DNA of 64,000 nt, taken from positions 72,726,001 to 72,790,000 of the forward strand of contig OX597825.1 of NCBI GenBank assembly GCA_951406725.2, written 5' to 3'. Below the pieces are notes generated by a model. It was not told the origin of the DNA. It saw nothing but the letters and a program-made list of their open reading frames with translations, and did not search any database. A program made the translations under genes and the position numbers. This document shows, piece by piece, positions 13,741 through 28,891 of this stretch. The DNA is from Octopus vulgaris (Eukaryota). Position 1 is the stretch's first letter. Every line of letters begins with the position of its first letter.

Positions 13741-15120
13741 GATAAAGTGCCAGTGTTAACAACAAACAAGATGAGGAGAAATACTCATCAAATGTAAATA
13801 ATGTACATAATTCCTCATCTCTCAAATATAGAACTGTACTGCATGCATGTTCAGCAAAAGCAGCATGAAACAGATGGTGACAGCACTTCAGTTCCTATCT
13901 GCATGAGATTCTTCCTCATCCACCATGACCATGAGGCACATCTAACTCTGAAAATCAAGCAACATGACAAAAGAGTCCATGACGACACTCCTAAATCATA
14001 CAAGTAACAGGACACGTCCCAGTTTTATGAGTAAGATCGTTGTTTGGCTGGAGGCACAATGGCCCAGTGGTTAGGGCTGCAGACTCGCTGTCGGAGGATC
14101 GCGGTTTCGAATCCCAGACCGGGCGTTGTGTGTGTTTATTGAGTGAAAACACCTAGAGCTCCACAAGGCTCCGGCAGGGGGTGGTGGTGACCCCTGTTGT
14201 ACTCTTTCACCCCAACTTTCTCTCACTCTTTCTTCCTGTTTCTTGAGAAACACTGCATTGAACTGGCATCCCGTCCAGCTGGGGAGGGGGGAACACATAC
14301 GCCACAGAAATTGGGAAACCGGGCCCATGAGCCTGGCTAGGCTTGAAAAAGGCGCATAATAATAAAATAGTTGGTTGGCTACAAAATCAGACAATGGAAT
14401 CCAATAATCTTGCAGAGCGTCCTGTTACCAAAGGATTTCAGGCAGCTCTTACAGAATTATTTCCCTTTATAGATAGCTCTGAGGATCACATCTCACTCAC
14501 ACATATACATTTCATTTGGCCTGGTTATCTTATGACAGGAAACCGTTCCTAACACCAACGACTTTACAAAGTGTACTGGATGAATTTGCGTCATCATCAC
14601 TACAGGCTTCTTGCCTCCTTTCCATCTTGGCAGAGCATGAATTAAGGGACTTTCTTTATACTAAGTTGTCTTGATTCAACCAAGACAGAGAATGGTGGAG
14701 AGGCTGATTAGATGAGTTTGGATGTAAATGGAAGAGGTTACGCAGAGTAAATAGTTGTAGGTGATGGGGTAATGTAAGAGAGACAAAGATAGGCAGCTTC
14801 ATGAGTGAATGTAACAGTGTATTTGTATGTATGCGTGTGTGTGGGCATGTGAATGCATGTGTGTGTTTCTGAGTGTAAGCATGTGAATGCGTGTGTGTGT
14901 GTGTGTGCATACAGGATGAAGTAATGGAAGAGAGACAAAGATAGGTAGCTTCGTCTGTGTCTGTGTGTGTCAGTATTTTTGTGTGAGTGTTTATATGTGC
15001 ATATGTATTAGTGTGTGCATGTATATATATTTGTGTGTGTAGAGGATGAAGTAATGGAAGATAGGCAGCTTCATCTGTGTCAATGTGTGTCACTGTGTAT
15101 GTTTATATATGCATATGTCT

Positions 15121-15164
<44 letters not shown>

Positions 15165-15499
15165 ATATGCACACACAAAGTTTGTATTCCCTTTATTTTC
15201 TGCTAAGATGATTAAGACACCATGACAAAACCACCACTGATATCACAACCACACCACCATCAGTACTAGCACCCACAGCTCCACCTCTACCAGCACCCAC
15301 AACCTCACCAGCATCCCACCACCACCAACACAGTACCACTACTAGCACCCACAATACCACACTAACATCCACCTGACATCACCACTAACACCAACACCAC
15401 TACTATCACCTACGCCACTGCCATCACTAGCACCTACATCACCACCACCACTAATACCCACATCACTAACACTAACATTCACACCACTACCAATACTAG

Positions 15500-16320
15500 C
15501 GCCCACACTACCATAAGCATAGCACCTATACCTCCACCACTAACACAACCATTTTTACCAATGTCAATGTCGCCACCACCACCACAACCACCACACTAAC
15601 ATCCAGGCCACCGACACCACCACCAGCACTACTATCACCTAAACCACCATTATCACTATTACCTACACCACCACCACCACCACCATAACTAACACTCACA
15701 TACTACCACCCACAACCACATTCACTAGCACCTATACCTCCACCACTAACACAACCACTTTTACCAATGGCAATACTGCCACCACCACCATCACCACCAC
15801 CACCACCACCACCACCACCAGCACTACTATCACCTAAACCACCATTATCACTAGTACCTACACCAACACCAAAACCACCACAACTAACACTCACATACCA
15901 TAGCATAGCACCTATACCTCCACCACTAACACAACCATTTTTACCAATGTCCATGCCGCCACCACCACCACCACCACCAGCACTATCACCTAAACCACCA
16001 TTATCACTAGTACCTACACCACCACCACCACCACCACCACAACTAACACTCACATACTAGCGCCCACAACCACTTTCACTAGCACCTATACCTCCACCAC
16101 TAACACAACCTACCATTTTTACCAATGTCAATGTCGCCACCACCACCATCACCACCACCACACTAACATCCAGGCCACCGACACCACCACCAGCACTACT
16201 ATCACCTAAACCACCATTATCACTAGTATCTACACCACCACCACCACAACTACACTCACATACTAGCGCCCACAACCACTTTTACTAGCACCTATACCTC
16301 TACCACTAACAGCAACACCA
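15500..16320. repeat. CAC-rich compound minisatellite (~175-210-bp period, ~5 units)
   Basis: tagcacctatacctccaccactaacac recurs at ~15520, 15726, 15907, 16080 and 16285. Confidence 0.7.
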
Positions 16321-16974
16321 CCACTTTTACCAAATCTCATACCATCACCACCACCACCACCACCACCACCATCACCACCACCACCACCAATACCACCACC
16401 ATCACCACCACCATCACTATCACCACCATCACCACCACCACCATCACCACCACCACCACCACCATCACCATCACCACCACCACCACCACCACCACCACCA
16501 CCACCACCACCACCACCATCACCATCACCACCACCACCATCACCACCACCACCACCACCACCACCACCACCACCACCACCACCACCACCACCACCACCAC
16601 CACCACCACCACCACTGTCTGTCAGTAATTTATCTATCTCTATTTAGAATTAAATATTACTAAATGCTATCCTTTATTTATATATTTATTCTTTCATCTA
16701 TTAAACTTTGTTTGTTTGTTTATTCACTGCTGAACTATTCTCTCTCCATTTCTTGAGCTCAATTACAAGCTCTCCCTGCCCCCCACCCCCGGACACCCAC
16801 CTCCGCTTCCACGGCTACCTTCACCCTTTGCCCTGAAATCTTTTTTTAAACATCCTTAAGTCCTTACCACAACCCCTGCCATGCACACACCATAACAGAA
16901 AAAGCAGGACCACAAATGCACTATAGGTAAGAGAAGACAATCATTCATACATACATACACACACACACACACAT

Positions 16975-17700
<726 letters not shown>

Positions 17701-18013
17701 AATTGAGAAAGAGAGAGACAGAGATAGTCTCTCTCTCTCTCTCAAACACACACACACACACACACCTAGATACACACAACACAATATTACTGCCACTTCA
17801 AGAACTCAAATAACAATTACAACAAGAACAACAATCCCGACCACCACCACCACCACCCCCACCGTCCTGTTTTATGAACGGAAACCCTAAAATTAGCGTT
17901 TACAAGTGGCATTGACTGACCTAGAGTTGGCAAAGGAATTCGAAAAGGTCACCTTTGTTAGACTTTCTTTTCTCAACCCTCCACTATCACTGTCTTCATA
18001 CACACACACACAC

Positions 18014-18048
<35 letters not shown>

Positions 18049-18535
18049 CATACATGCATATATATATACATATACATACATATATATATATATACATATA
18101 CACACATACATATATATACATACATATATATGTAAACATATATAATTATACATACATACATGTACATACATCTATACTCCACCACACACACACACATATG
18201 AATATATATATATATAAATACGTGTTTATATACATACATATGCATACATATATATACATATATACATATATATAATGTATGTATATATTTGTATAATTAT
18301 ATATGTATACACACACATATATATCTGTGTATTTATATATAACTATATAAATGTGTGCATTTCTTTATGTACATATGTATATATGTTCATACATGTAGGT
18401 ATATTTTGTGTGTGTTTATATGCATGTGTGTATGTGTATTATGTGTATGGGTTTGTAAAATCCACCTCAACAAATTCTATACCCACTCATGCTAGCATGG
18501 ATATGTGGACGTCAAAAAATTCCAATTATGATGTA

Positions 18536-18657
<122 letters not shown>

Positions 18658-18658
18658 A

Positions 18659-18748
<90 letters not shown>

Positions 18749-18750
18749 TG

Positions 18751-18797
<47 letters not shown>

Positions 18798-18844
18798 TAT
18801 ATATATGTATATGTATGTATATATATGTATATATATATATATGT

Positions 18845-18934
<90 letters not shown>

Positions 18935-20049
18935 GTTAATCCAAACATGAAAGCACAAAAAGACACAACAACGCGAGGACATGGAACAAATATAGTATTA
19001 TTGGGCACTAAGGAAAGAAGGAGGGCTTAAGGTTTCGAGCGGAGCTCTTCGTTGGAAACATAGGAGAAGGAAAGATCCAGAGAAGGGAAGACAGAGGGAA
19101 AAAAATCGCCAACAGTACACACGCGGTAGAAAGGTTTTAGCTAGTATTGGCCCAGGCCATGTCTAACTTAATTACACCAGCTGCCCCCAAAATTGCTTGA
19201 CAATCAATGCTAGTGTGTTTACATCCCTGTAACTTAGCAGTTCAGCAAAAAACATTGATAGAATAAGTACTAGGCTTACAAGGAATAAGGCCTGGGGGTT
19301 GACTTGCTCAACTAAAGGCGGTGCTCCAGCATGGCCGCAGTCAAATGACAGAAACAAGTAAAAGAATAAAAGAATATATTTATAAATGATGGACTCTCCT
19401 GTCAAAGATTCAGATTTCGATAAATGACCTGCACAAATAATTTGGTTATAACGAGCAAATATTCATGCCACACATTAGCTCACTCCTTCCATCAAATTTA
19501 TATTACCTGGACAGGTGCACTGTGTATCACACATCAGGTGTTAAAATGATCGCAGAGCAACATGAAATGAATTATTTTGCTCAAGATTACAATGCATGAA
19601 TCAGAATTGAGAGAAATTTTAATATTTCAAAGCCTAGCTGTGAGTTAAATAACAATGTAAACACATTTCTTTTATGATTTTGATGTGCAAAAAATATAAG
19701 AATCAGGTAGTTTCCTGAAGGATTGTTTCATCGTTTGCTGCATGCTCCTCAGAGAAGACATACATTGTTTTCTTCCCCCAATCAAGTCACAGAATATTCA
19801 GCCAAATATAAAGCAGTCATAAATTTGGCTAACTCCATAATGGATAGCTTGAAATGCATATCTGTGGTTATGACAACACATCATTAATAAAGCAATATAT
19901 TTTACGCACAACATGCTGAATTAGAACTGAAAGTTATGTTACAGCAGTGCATCATCATTCCAACAAAGCGTTTTCCTGTTCTCTAAAAATACGAAAACAA
20001 TCACCATAGTGAAATTCATTGTACCCAGGGAGGACATTATTGATATTTG

Positions 20050-20665
20050 AATAGGTGGTGAGCTGGCAGAAGTGTTAGCATGCTGGGCGAAATGCTTAGT
20101 GGTATTTCGTCTGTCTTTACGTTCTGAGTTCAAATTCTACTGAGGTCGATTTTGCCTTTCGTCCTTTTAGGGTCGATAAATTAAGTACCAGTTACATACT
20201 GGAGTCAATGTAATCGACTTAATCCCTTTGTCTGTCCTTGTTTGTCCCCTCTATGTTTAGCCCCTTGTGGGTAGTAAAGAAATAAGTACTTATTCTGCCG
20301 CTACGTTCTGAGTTCAAATTCCGCCGAGGTTGACTTTGCCTTTCATCCTTTCGGGGTTGATAAATTAAGTACCAGTTACGCACTGGGGTTGATGTAATCG
20401 ACTTAATCTGTGTGTCTGTCCTTGTTTGTCCCCTCTATGTTTAGCCCCTTGTGGGCAATAAAGAAATAAGAAACGTTAGTATGCTCGGCAAAAGGCTTAG
20501 TGGTATTTCATCTGTCTTTACATTCTGAGTTCAAATTCCATTGAGGTCGACTTTGTCTTTCATCCTTTTGGGGTCGATAAATTAAGTACCAGTTGCATAC
20601 TGAGGTCAATCTAATCGACTGGCCTCCTCCCCAAAAATTTCGGGCCTTATGCCTAGAGTAGAAAA
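20050..20665 (+). mobile_element. Meta-domain-like SINE, three tandem bodies
   Basis: The central domain is repeated three times. Confidence 0.7.
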
Positions 20666-20910
20666 GATTATTGATATTTTCCACCAGTGCAGGTGGCACG
20701 TAAAAAACACCATTTGAGTGTGGCCGTTGCCAGTACCGCCTGACTCGCCCTCGTGCCGGTGGCACATAAAGGCACCCAGCTGTAGAAACTCTGCCAGATC
20801 AAAGTGGAGCCTGGTGCAACCATCTGGTTCGCCAGTCCTCAGTCAAATCGTCCAACCCATGCTAGCATGGAAAGCGGACGTTAAACGATGATGATGATGA
20901 TGATGATGAT

Positions 20911-20950
<40 letters not shown>

Positions 20951-21117
20951 TACATATATACATGTATGTATATATATATGTATCATTTCCTTTTCCTTTT
21001 CCTTCCTGTTCTTCAGCCTAACTTGTACCTACCTCCAGTGTATGAGCTATTTTAGATAAGCCATAATAGCATTACCACCACTACCACCAATAGTACTACT
21101 ACTACTACTACTACTAA

Positions 21118-21171
<54 letters not shown>

Positions 21172-21986
21172 CTTTAATTTTTTTTTCCGACCCCCCAAAC
21201 CATATAATTATCTTCATGAAATCAAAATACCTAAATATTTCTGAAAACGTTGTTTTGCGGGGAACGGACTTCATTATGCATGTTGCCGGCGTCGACACCA
21301 ACCCCCCCACCCACCAACCACCACCACCAACCACTACCACCACCCATCCCCACCATATTTATACACTTTATTTATTTTTGTTTGGCTGTGTTTCATTTCG
21401 TGTGTGTTAGTGTGTAGGAGGTGAGGTGAAGAGAGTAGAAAATCTAAGAAAAGGGATTTGATATTTTTTCTTTATAGTCTCTCCCTCTCTCTCTCTCTCT
21501 CTCTCTCGTTATATCCCCACCACACACACACACCTCTTTAATTGCATACAAATTAATAAAGCGTGTGTCATTTCCAATTCGGTCACTGTACCGATCATCG
21601 AATTTTTTTTTATATATATATACAGGTATGGCTGCATGGTTAAGAAGCTCACTTTTGCAACCACCAGATGGATTTTGGTTCAGTCCCACAGCAAGGCACC
21701 TTGGGCAAGTGCTTTCTACAATATCCTCAGGCCAACCAAAGCCTTGTGAGCGGATTTGGTAAAAAGAAACTAAAAGAAGCCCACTGTGCATGTGTATAAC
21801 AGACCCTTTAAATTGATTGACAGATGGGTTTTGTGTGTGTGTGTGTGTGGTGTATGTGCTTGTCCCCCAGCACCGCTTGACAACAGGTTTTGGTTTTACA
21901 GTTCTATATTTAAGAGATGAGGAATTATGTACATTATTTACATTGTTTACATTCAACAGATATTTGTCCTCATCCTGTTTGTTGTC

Positions 21987-22032
21987 AACACAACGTTTCG
22001 GCTGATATACCCTCCAGCCTTCTTCAGGTGTC
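21987..22032 (-). ncRNA. Minimal type-I hammerhead ribozyme motif (Penelope pLTR type), apparently intact
   Basis: Minus strand reads GACAC CUGAAGA A GGCUG gaggguauau CAGCC GAA ACGU U GUGUU. Stem I is GACAC/GUGUU, the core is conserved, stem II is 5 bp, stem III is the palindrome ACGU, and the cleavage triplet is GUU. Confidence 0.75.
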
Positions 22033-22257
22033 TTGGGGAAATTTCAAACCTGGGTTCTCATTCCTAAGGTATTTTTCAATGTTGTTGTTATTATTATTAT
22101 TATTATTTATCCTGCTTTTGTACATGGACTTTTTCAAACGGACAAAACCCTTTGTAACTTTCTTCCTGTGTTTTGTCCCTTTATGTTTTAATTGATTTTT
22201 GTTAGCCCTTGTGGCCAATAAACAAATTAATTATTATTATTATTATTATTATTATTA

Positions 22258-22812
22258 TTGAGTGAGAGAGCAGTTCATGCCATCAAAGTGACACTGGGGT
22301 AAAATATACGAAGCCCAATATACCCATCATGACTACCCGTCTGATAAGGGCACACCAGGCACATGCATCACAACCATATGTGCGCGGCATGGTGATCTCA
22401 TATCAAGATAAACTGCACATGACCTTGCAGGTGGGGCCCAGTTAGAATTTTCTTCAGGTTGAGTAGCCCATCCCGCTCAAACGGTCCCTGAATAAGGGTT
22501 GTTTAAGGATGTTGAAAAACCCACCCATGTCTCCAGAGGTGAATTATTCAAACCCCAAAGAATCCCTCTCAACACATGGCTATGATGCTCCCCCACTACT
22601 TCTGCTCGTGATCAGAGATGCACATATCATCAGCCACTAAGGGACATGCTCAACTGGTTAAGGTCAAACAACTGACAAGCAAATCTGTGGCATTGAGCAG
22701 AATATTTGCTGTAGCCCATCTTTTATACCAAGACAAAACAATGTACATGATAACACTTCCAATCAGTTAAGATCAGAAGCCACGAGAGCCACTGCCTGGT
22801 ACTGCATTAGGA
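22258..22812 (-). mobile_element. ~550-bp element embedded in (TAA)n microsatellite (Dong/R4-like targeting inferred)
   Basis: A second copy lies at ~41910-42430. Both copies are flanked on both sides by (TTA)n-type repeats. No ORF is present. Confidence 0.5.
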
Positions 22813-22824
22813 TTATTATTATCA

Positions 22825-22880
<56 letters not shown>

Positions 22881-24257
22881 GTCATTGTTGTTGTTGTTCT
22901 TCAGGTCACTGCTTGGAATTGAACTCAGAATCTTGAAGAAGGCTGGAGGTTATATCAGCCAAAATGTTGTGTTAACAACAAACAAGATGAGGACAGATAC
23001 CCATCGAATGTAAATAATGTAAATAATGTAGGTTTCGGTTTGCTTATATCCTTGTAACTTAGCAGTTCAGTAAAAAGAGACTAACAGAATAAGTACCAGA
23101 TTTATTCAACAAAATCCTACAAGGCAGTGTCCCAGCTTGGGCACAGTCCAATGATTGAAACGAGTAAAAGTTATCATCATTTAATATCCACTTCCCATGC
23201 TGGCATGGGTTGGACAATTTGACAGTAACTGGTAAGGCCAGGGGGCCACACCAGTCTCCATGTATGTTCTGGTATGGTTTCCCCGACTGGATGCCCTTCC
23301 TGATGCCAACCACTTCACAGAATGTGGTGGGTGCTTTTATGTGGTATTAGCATCGGTGCTTTTAACATGGCACCGGTCATAAACAATTGGCCCCTTGCAC
23401 TTTATATCATCACTATCATCATCTAACATCCATTGTCCATGCTGGTGTGTGTTGGACGATTTGACCAGAGTTGGTAAGTTAGGCAGCTGCTATAGACACC
23501 AGTCTGATTTGGCATGGTTTCACTAATATATGTATACATACATATATATGTGTGTGTGTGTGTGTGTGTACACACATATATATATATACATACATATATA
23601 CATACATATATATATATACACATATATACATATATATCCATATACATATATACATATATACATATACACATACATATATACATATACATATATATAGAAT
23701 AAAACTTTATATATAAAGAATGTGAAATACACGAAGTGACGAACATGGAAAACAGATAAGACATTCGAATCCTTCAAACTTCAGTCAGAAACCGAATCAT
23801 CATGGCAAATTTCGGCTGTTTAATTCTGAGATTTGCTCCAACTCGGCCAGCCCCAAGGAAAAACTAAGCTGTGGGCATTAGATTTCTTGGTATCATTTTA
23901 GATAAAGGGTAAAAAATTTATTAATTTAATAATTAACAAATTTCACCAAGTAGCTTCGGTATAGAAAAAAAAACATTATGGGTAAAAACTTATACAAATA
24001 GCTTTTTTATAATTATAAATATAATTAAGGGTTTAGCAAAAAGTTCCTTCACCACATACCGAAAATTTAGAAATAGCAGTCAAAAACTGCTAATTCTTTT
24101 AACTACAATAAAACTCCACAGACCACAATACTCGTAACTCACATAAGCAAAAAGAAGAAAAACATAACGAGATCAACCAGTCTTACGATTAATCATGTAC
24201 ATGTTTCTGGATTAGAGTTTTAAAATTCATTTTCTTCAACAGCATGATATTTCAAGT

Positions 24258-24605
24258 GGAGGCGCAATGGCCCAGTGGTTAGGGCAGCGGACTCGCGGTC
24301 ATAGGATAGCGGCTTCGATTCCCAGACCGGGCGTTGTGAGTGTTTATTGAGCGTAAACACCTAAAGCTCCACGAGGCTCCGGCAGGGATGGTGGTGATCC
24401 CTGCTGTTCTCTTTCACTACAACTTTCTCTCACTCTTACTTCCTGTTTCTGTTGTACCTGTATTTCAAAGGGCCGGCCTTGTCACTCTCTGTGTCACGCT
24501 GAATATCCCCGAGAACTACATTAAGGGTACAGTTACTGTCGAAGGCTGTTCCGTTGATTTGGATCAACCGGAACCCTCGTCGTCATAACCGACGGAGTGC
24601 TTCCA
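24258..24605 (+). mobile_element. tRNA-derived SINE (third family)
   Basis: ggaggcgcaatggcccagtggttagggcagcggactcgcg...ttcgattccc head with A/B-box-like motifs. Relatives lie at 11240-11545, 12262-12553, 14050-14355, 31783-32048, 33030-33330 and 55190-55500. Confidence 0.7.
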
Positions 24606-24789
24606 TCCATTTCAAGATTATAATTATATATAAATATATATATATATAGGCACAGGCTTGGCTGTGTGATATGGAATTCACTTCCCAAACACATAGCCAC
24701 AGGTTATCCCACTGTGTGGAACCTTAGACAAGTAAGTGTCTTCTACAGTAGCCCTAATTGGATCTGGAAAGAAACCCACAAATATATAG

Positions 24790-24860
<71 letters not shown>

Positions 24861-25373
24861 TGTGTGTGTGTGTGTGAGTGTGTGTGGTTGTGTCTGCACA
24901 TATATGTGTGTGAGTGGTTGTGTCTGCACATATATGTGTGTGTGTTTTATAAACATTTGTGACTATCATGCAAGTGGTCCTCTCTGTTTCCAATCTGCCA
25001 TGAAAACATGTCTGGCCATGAGGAAATATTACCTTACATGGAAACAGGTAGGGGTTTTGTGTTAGAAAGGCCATCCAGCTGTAGAAAATCTGCCTCAACA
25101 AATTCCGTCCAACCCATGCCAGCATGGGAAAGTGGACAACGAATTTATAATGCTATGTATATATATATTATGCACACACATAGACAAACGAGAGAGAACG
25201 AGATAAAAGAGGAAGAAGAAAGGCAGAGTGTAGGATAAATAAGTATATGTGTGTTTAAGAAAATATTTCAATGTATGACATCTATTAATCTATACATGTA
25301 TACACATGCCAAAGTATACATTTTAATACCTGAAATTACACACACAACCACGTGTGTGTGTGTGTATACATAC

Positions 25374-25725
<352 letters not shown>

Positions 25726-25937
25726 TATATACATATATACATATATATACTTATATACACATACATACACAAATATATACTTATATACATCTATCTATAT
25801 ATACATACACACACATACATGGGTATGTGCTGTATGTAGTGTACAAACATAAATTATACACAACACAGGTGTGTGTATTTATGTGTGTGTATATATGCAT
25901 CTGTGTATGTATATATATATATACATACACACACATA

Positions 25938-25970
<33 letters not shown>

Positions 25971-26309
25971 CACATACATACACACACACACACATACTAA
26001 TCTGAGCATGTACATACATGTTGAAAGCTATAGGTTCTAAATATATTTAATTTATTTATATCAAATCGTTTACTCTGACTTCAATACTAATTAGTTGATT
26101 GGTATTTAGAGAGCAAATTTTACTTTCAAAGGTTTCGTTTGCTATATTTCTCCCTCCTTCTGTTTTTTTAGCTTGCTCTATATCCACATCATTTTGGGTT
26201 CAATCTCACTACAAGATGGTACCTTGGGCAACTACCTTCTACTACAGCCCTAGGTTGACCAAAGCCTTATGAGTAAATTTGATGAATAAAAAGCTGTTTA
26301 GAAACCCAT

Positions 26310-27105
26310 ATTCTTTTACTTGTTTCAGTCATGTGACTGTCGCCATGCTGGAGCACCGCCTTTAGTCGAGCAAGTCAACCCCCAGGGCTTATTCTTTGTA
26401 AGCCTAATACTTATTCTATTGGTATCTTTTGCTGAACCACTAAATTACGGGGACGTAAACACACCAGCATCAGTTTTCAAGCAATGTTGGGGGGACAAAC
26501 AGAGACACACAAACATATACATATACATATATAAGACTTCTTTCAGTTTCCCTCTACCAAATCCACTCACAAGGCTTTGGTTGGCCCAAGGCTATTGTAG
26601 AAGACACTTGCCCAAGGTCCCACACAGTGGAACTGAACCAGGAACCATGTGGTTCGTAAGCAAGCTACTTACCACACATCAACTCCTACTCCTATATATA
26701 TATATATTGGAAATACATCATGTATATGTATACTCTCTTTTACTCTCTTTTACTTGTTTCAGTCATTTGACTGCAGCCATGCTGGAGCACTGCCTTTAGT
26801 CGAGCAAATCGACACCAGGACTTATTCTATCGGTCTCTTTTGCTGAACCGCTAAGTTACGGGGACGTAAACACACCAGTATCAGTTGTCAAGCAATGCTA
26901 GGGGGACAAACACAGACACACAAACATACACACACACATATATACATATATACGACAGGCTTCTTTCAGTTTCCGTCTACCAAATCCACTCACAAGGCTT
27001 TGGTCGGCCCAAGGCTATAGTAGAAGACACTTGCCCAACATGCCACACAGTGGGACTGAACCCGGAACCATGTGGTTGGTAAGCAAGCTACTTACCACAC
27101 AGCCA
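26310..27105 (-). mobile_element. Two tandem CORE-like SINE copies
   Basis: Copies at 26310-26690 and 26735-27105. Confidence 0.75.
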
Positions 27106-27483
27106 CGGACTCTCCAATCATTAGAAAATGTATAAGGGTTCGACAATTTCTTACCAAACAACCACACAGATGATTTCTTTATAGGGATCATATGTTTTTG
27201 TAGACATAAGCTCACTCCCTCCATTCGATTGACATCACCTGTACACATGCAGGTGTTTACATCTTGAGGATGATTGCATGAATGAGTTCACATGTGCCAT
27301 ACAACCTACGCGAGGGCATTTATACATCCATATCTGTATTACATGTTTGTATCTTTTTTGCATCTGTTATTTCATTATTGATTCTCTATGTAAATGAAGC
27401 TATATGCTTTTTTTTTTCTGCTTTTCTTTACACAAACTGAGAAGAAACATTGCAGAACTGTTATTTTGATAAGTTACATCTAT

Positions 27484-27598
27484 TTAACACCTGAAGAGAC
27501 ACATCTGCACCGTCAGATGCTCCTAAATTAGTTGTTAAGTATCCCACCCATGAATGAGGCATCAATGCTAGATGGGTCGAAACAATTGTAGTGATTAA
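27484..27598 (+). ncRNA. Type-I hammerhead ribozyme motif with extended stem II
   Basis: Reads UUAACAC CUGAAGA GACACAUCUG...UAGAUGGGUC GAA ACAAUUGU A GUGAUUAA. The core is intact, stem II is ~10 bp with a large loop, stem III is the palindrome ACAAUUGU, and the triplet is GUA. AATAAA follows directly. Confidence 0.7.
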
Positions 27599-27635
27599 TA
27601 AAAATTCTCATACATTCAATCTTTGATTTCTTATT

Positions 27636-27678
<43 letters not shown>

Positions 27679-28330
27679 CTGTATATACTCAAGTGATACT
27701 TGATCTCATGTATAAAAGTCAACCCTAGTATTTTATGAACAACTTGAGTCAAGATACCATATTATCCTGTACATAGAAATAACACTATTGCAAAATTGTG
27801 TGGCTACCTCACTGTAGCCTGCTCCATAGGTAGAATGCTTGGTGCTTATAATGGTATAGTCGGTGCTCATAGTAAACTACCATTTAATAGCAAGCACTAC
27901 ACATCTGTTGAAGAGTGCTACACCACCATTACTAAAACGTATGCACAAGATATGCTGCAAGCCTGCATACATCTTCAAGGTCAATAAACAGATGCGTCAT
28001 ACACTCGTTGTTTACATGGCGAGAAACGTGTTTCACAGACAGCGCTATTGGCGAACACTGGCAAACGCCACTGTCGGAATTCATACAAAGGCATGACTTT
28101 TATTAGCCTAAAAACATTCAATTAATCGCTAGATCAGTGGTTCCCATGTGACCTTTATATTTTCCTCATCTCCAAATACAATAAACATGCGTCATTCACT
28201 CGTCTTTTTATATGGTGAGAAGCGTGTTTCGCAGACACCACTATCGGCAAACAACAGCAAGCACCACTGTATGAATTTGTACAGAGTCATGACTTTGGTA
28301 AGCCTAAAAACATTTAGTTAATCGCTAGAT

Positions 28331-28891
28331 CAGTGGTTCCCAAACGTTTTATGCTGCGGAATCCTTCAACATTATTTTGAGAAACATAGAAATCAAAATC
28401 GAAATCGATCAACATCAATGGAAATTGCAGCTGTGATACCAGTGCTGGTGGCACGTAAGCGAACCATCCGAACGTGGCCGTTGCCAGTGCCACCCCGATG
28501 GGCCCCCGTGCCGGTGGCATGTAAAAAGCACCATCCGACCATGGCCGTTTGCCAGCCTCGCCTGGCCCCCGTGCTGGTGGCACGTAAAAAGCACCATCCG
28601 ACTGTGGCTGTTTGCCAGCCCCGTCTGGCACCTGTGCCGGTGGCACATAAAAACCACCCACTACACTCATGGAGTGGTTGGTGTTAGGAAGGGCATCCAG
28701 CCGTAGAAACATTGCCAGATCAGACTGGGCCTGGTGCAGCCTTCTGGCTTCCAAGACCCCTGTTGAACCGTCCAACCCATGCTAGCATGGAAAGCGGACG
28801 CTAAATGACAATGACGATGATGATGATGATAGAACCCCTAATAACTTTCAGAGAACCCTGGGGTTTTGCAAAACACACTTAGGAATCCCTG
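28331..28891. mobile_element. hAT (Charlie-like) MITE interrupted by an RTE-tailed repeat
   Basis: Ends are cagtggttcccaaac...ttaggaatccctg. The imperfect 8-bp flanks cgctagat/ttccagat resemble NTCTAGAN. A nested insert at 28390-28830 ends in (GAT)n. Confidence 0.5.

Larger units (their letters stand above)
21897..23030. mobile_element. Composite insertion bounded by inverted Penelope-like pLTR fragments, inserted into a SINE
   Basis: 21897-22085 (-) and 22933-23030 (+) are the same hammerhead-bearing repeat in opposite orientation. They are flanked by aggttttggttt/aggtttcggttt (21885-21896, 23030-23041). The host SINE continues on both sides. Confidence 0.55.

Noticed and set aside
15703-16275. 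Extensin-like Pro-rich and Gly-rich ORFs
   Set aside because: They derive from a CAC-rich minisatellite with stops and frame changes between units, and no splice signals were seen.
17893-17998. Unique-looking ORF tail (EDSDSGGLRKESL...) as a possible extra exon
   Set aside because: No good acceptor/donor pair and no recognisable homology.
24258-24335. tRNA-like sequences here and at other SINE heads
   Set aside because: They are 5' heads of multi-copy SINEs without a complete cloverleaf.
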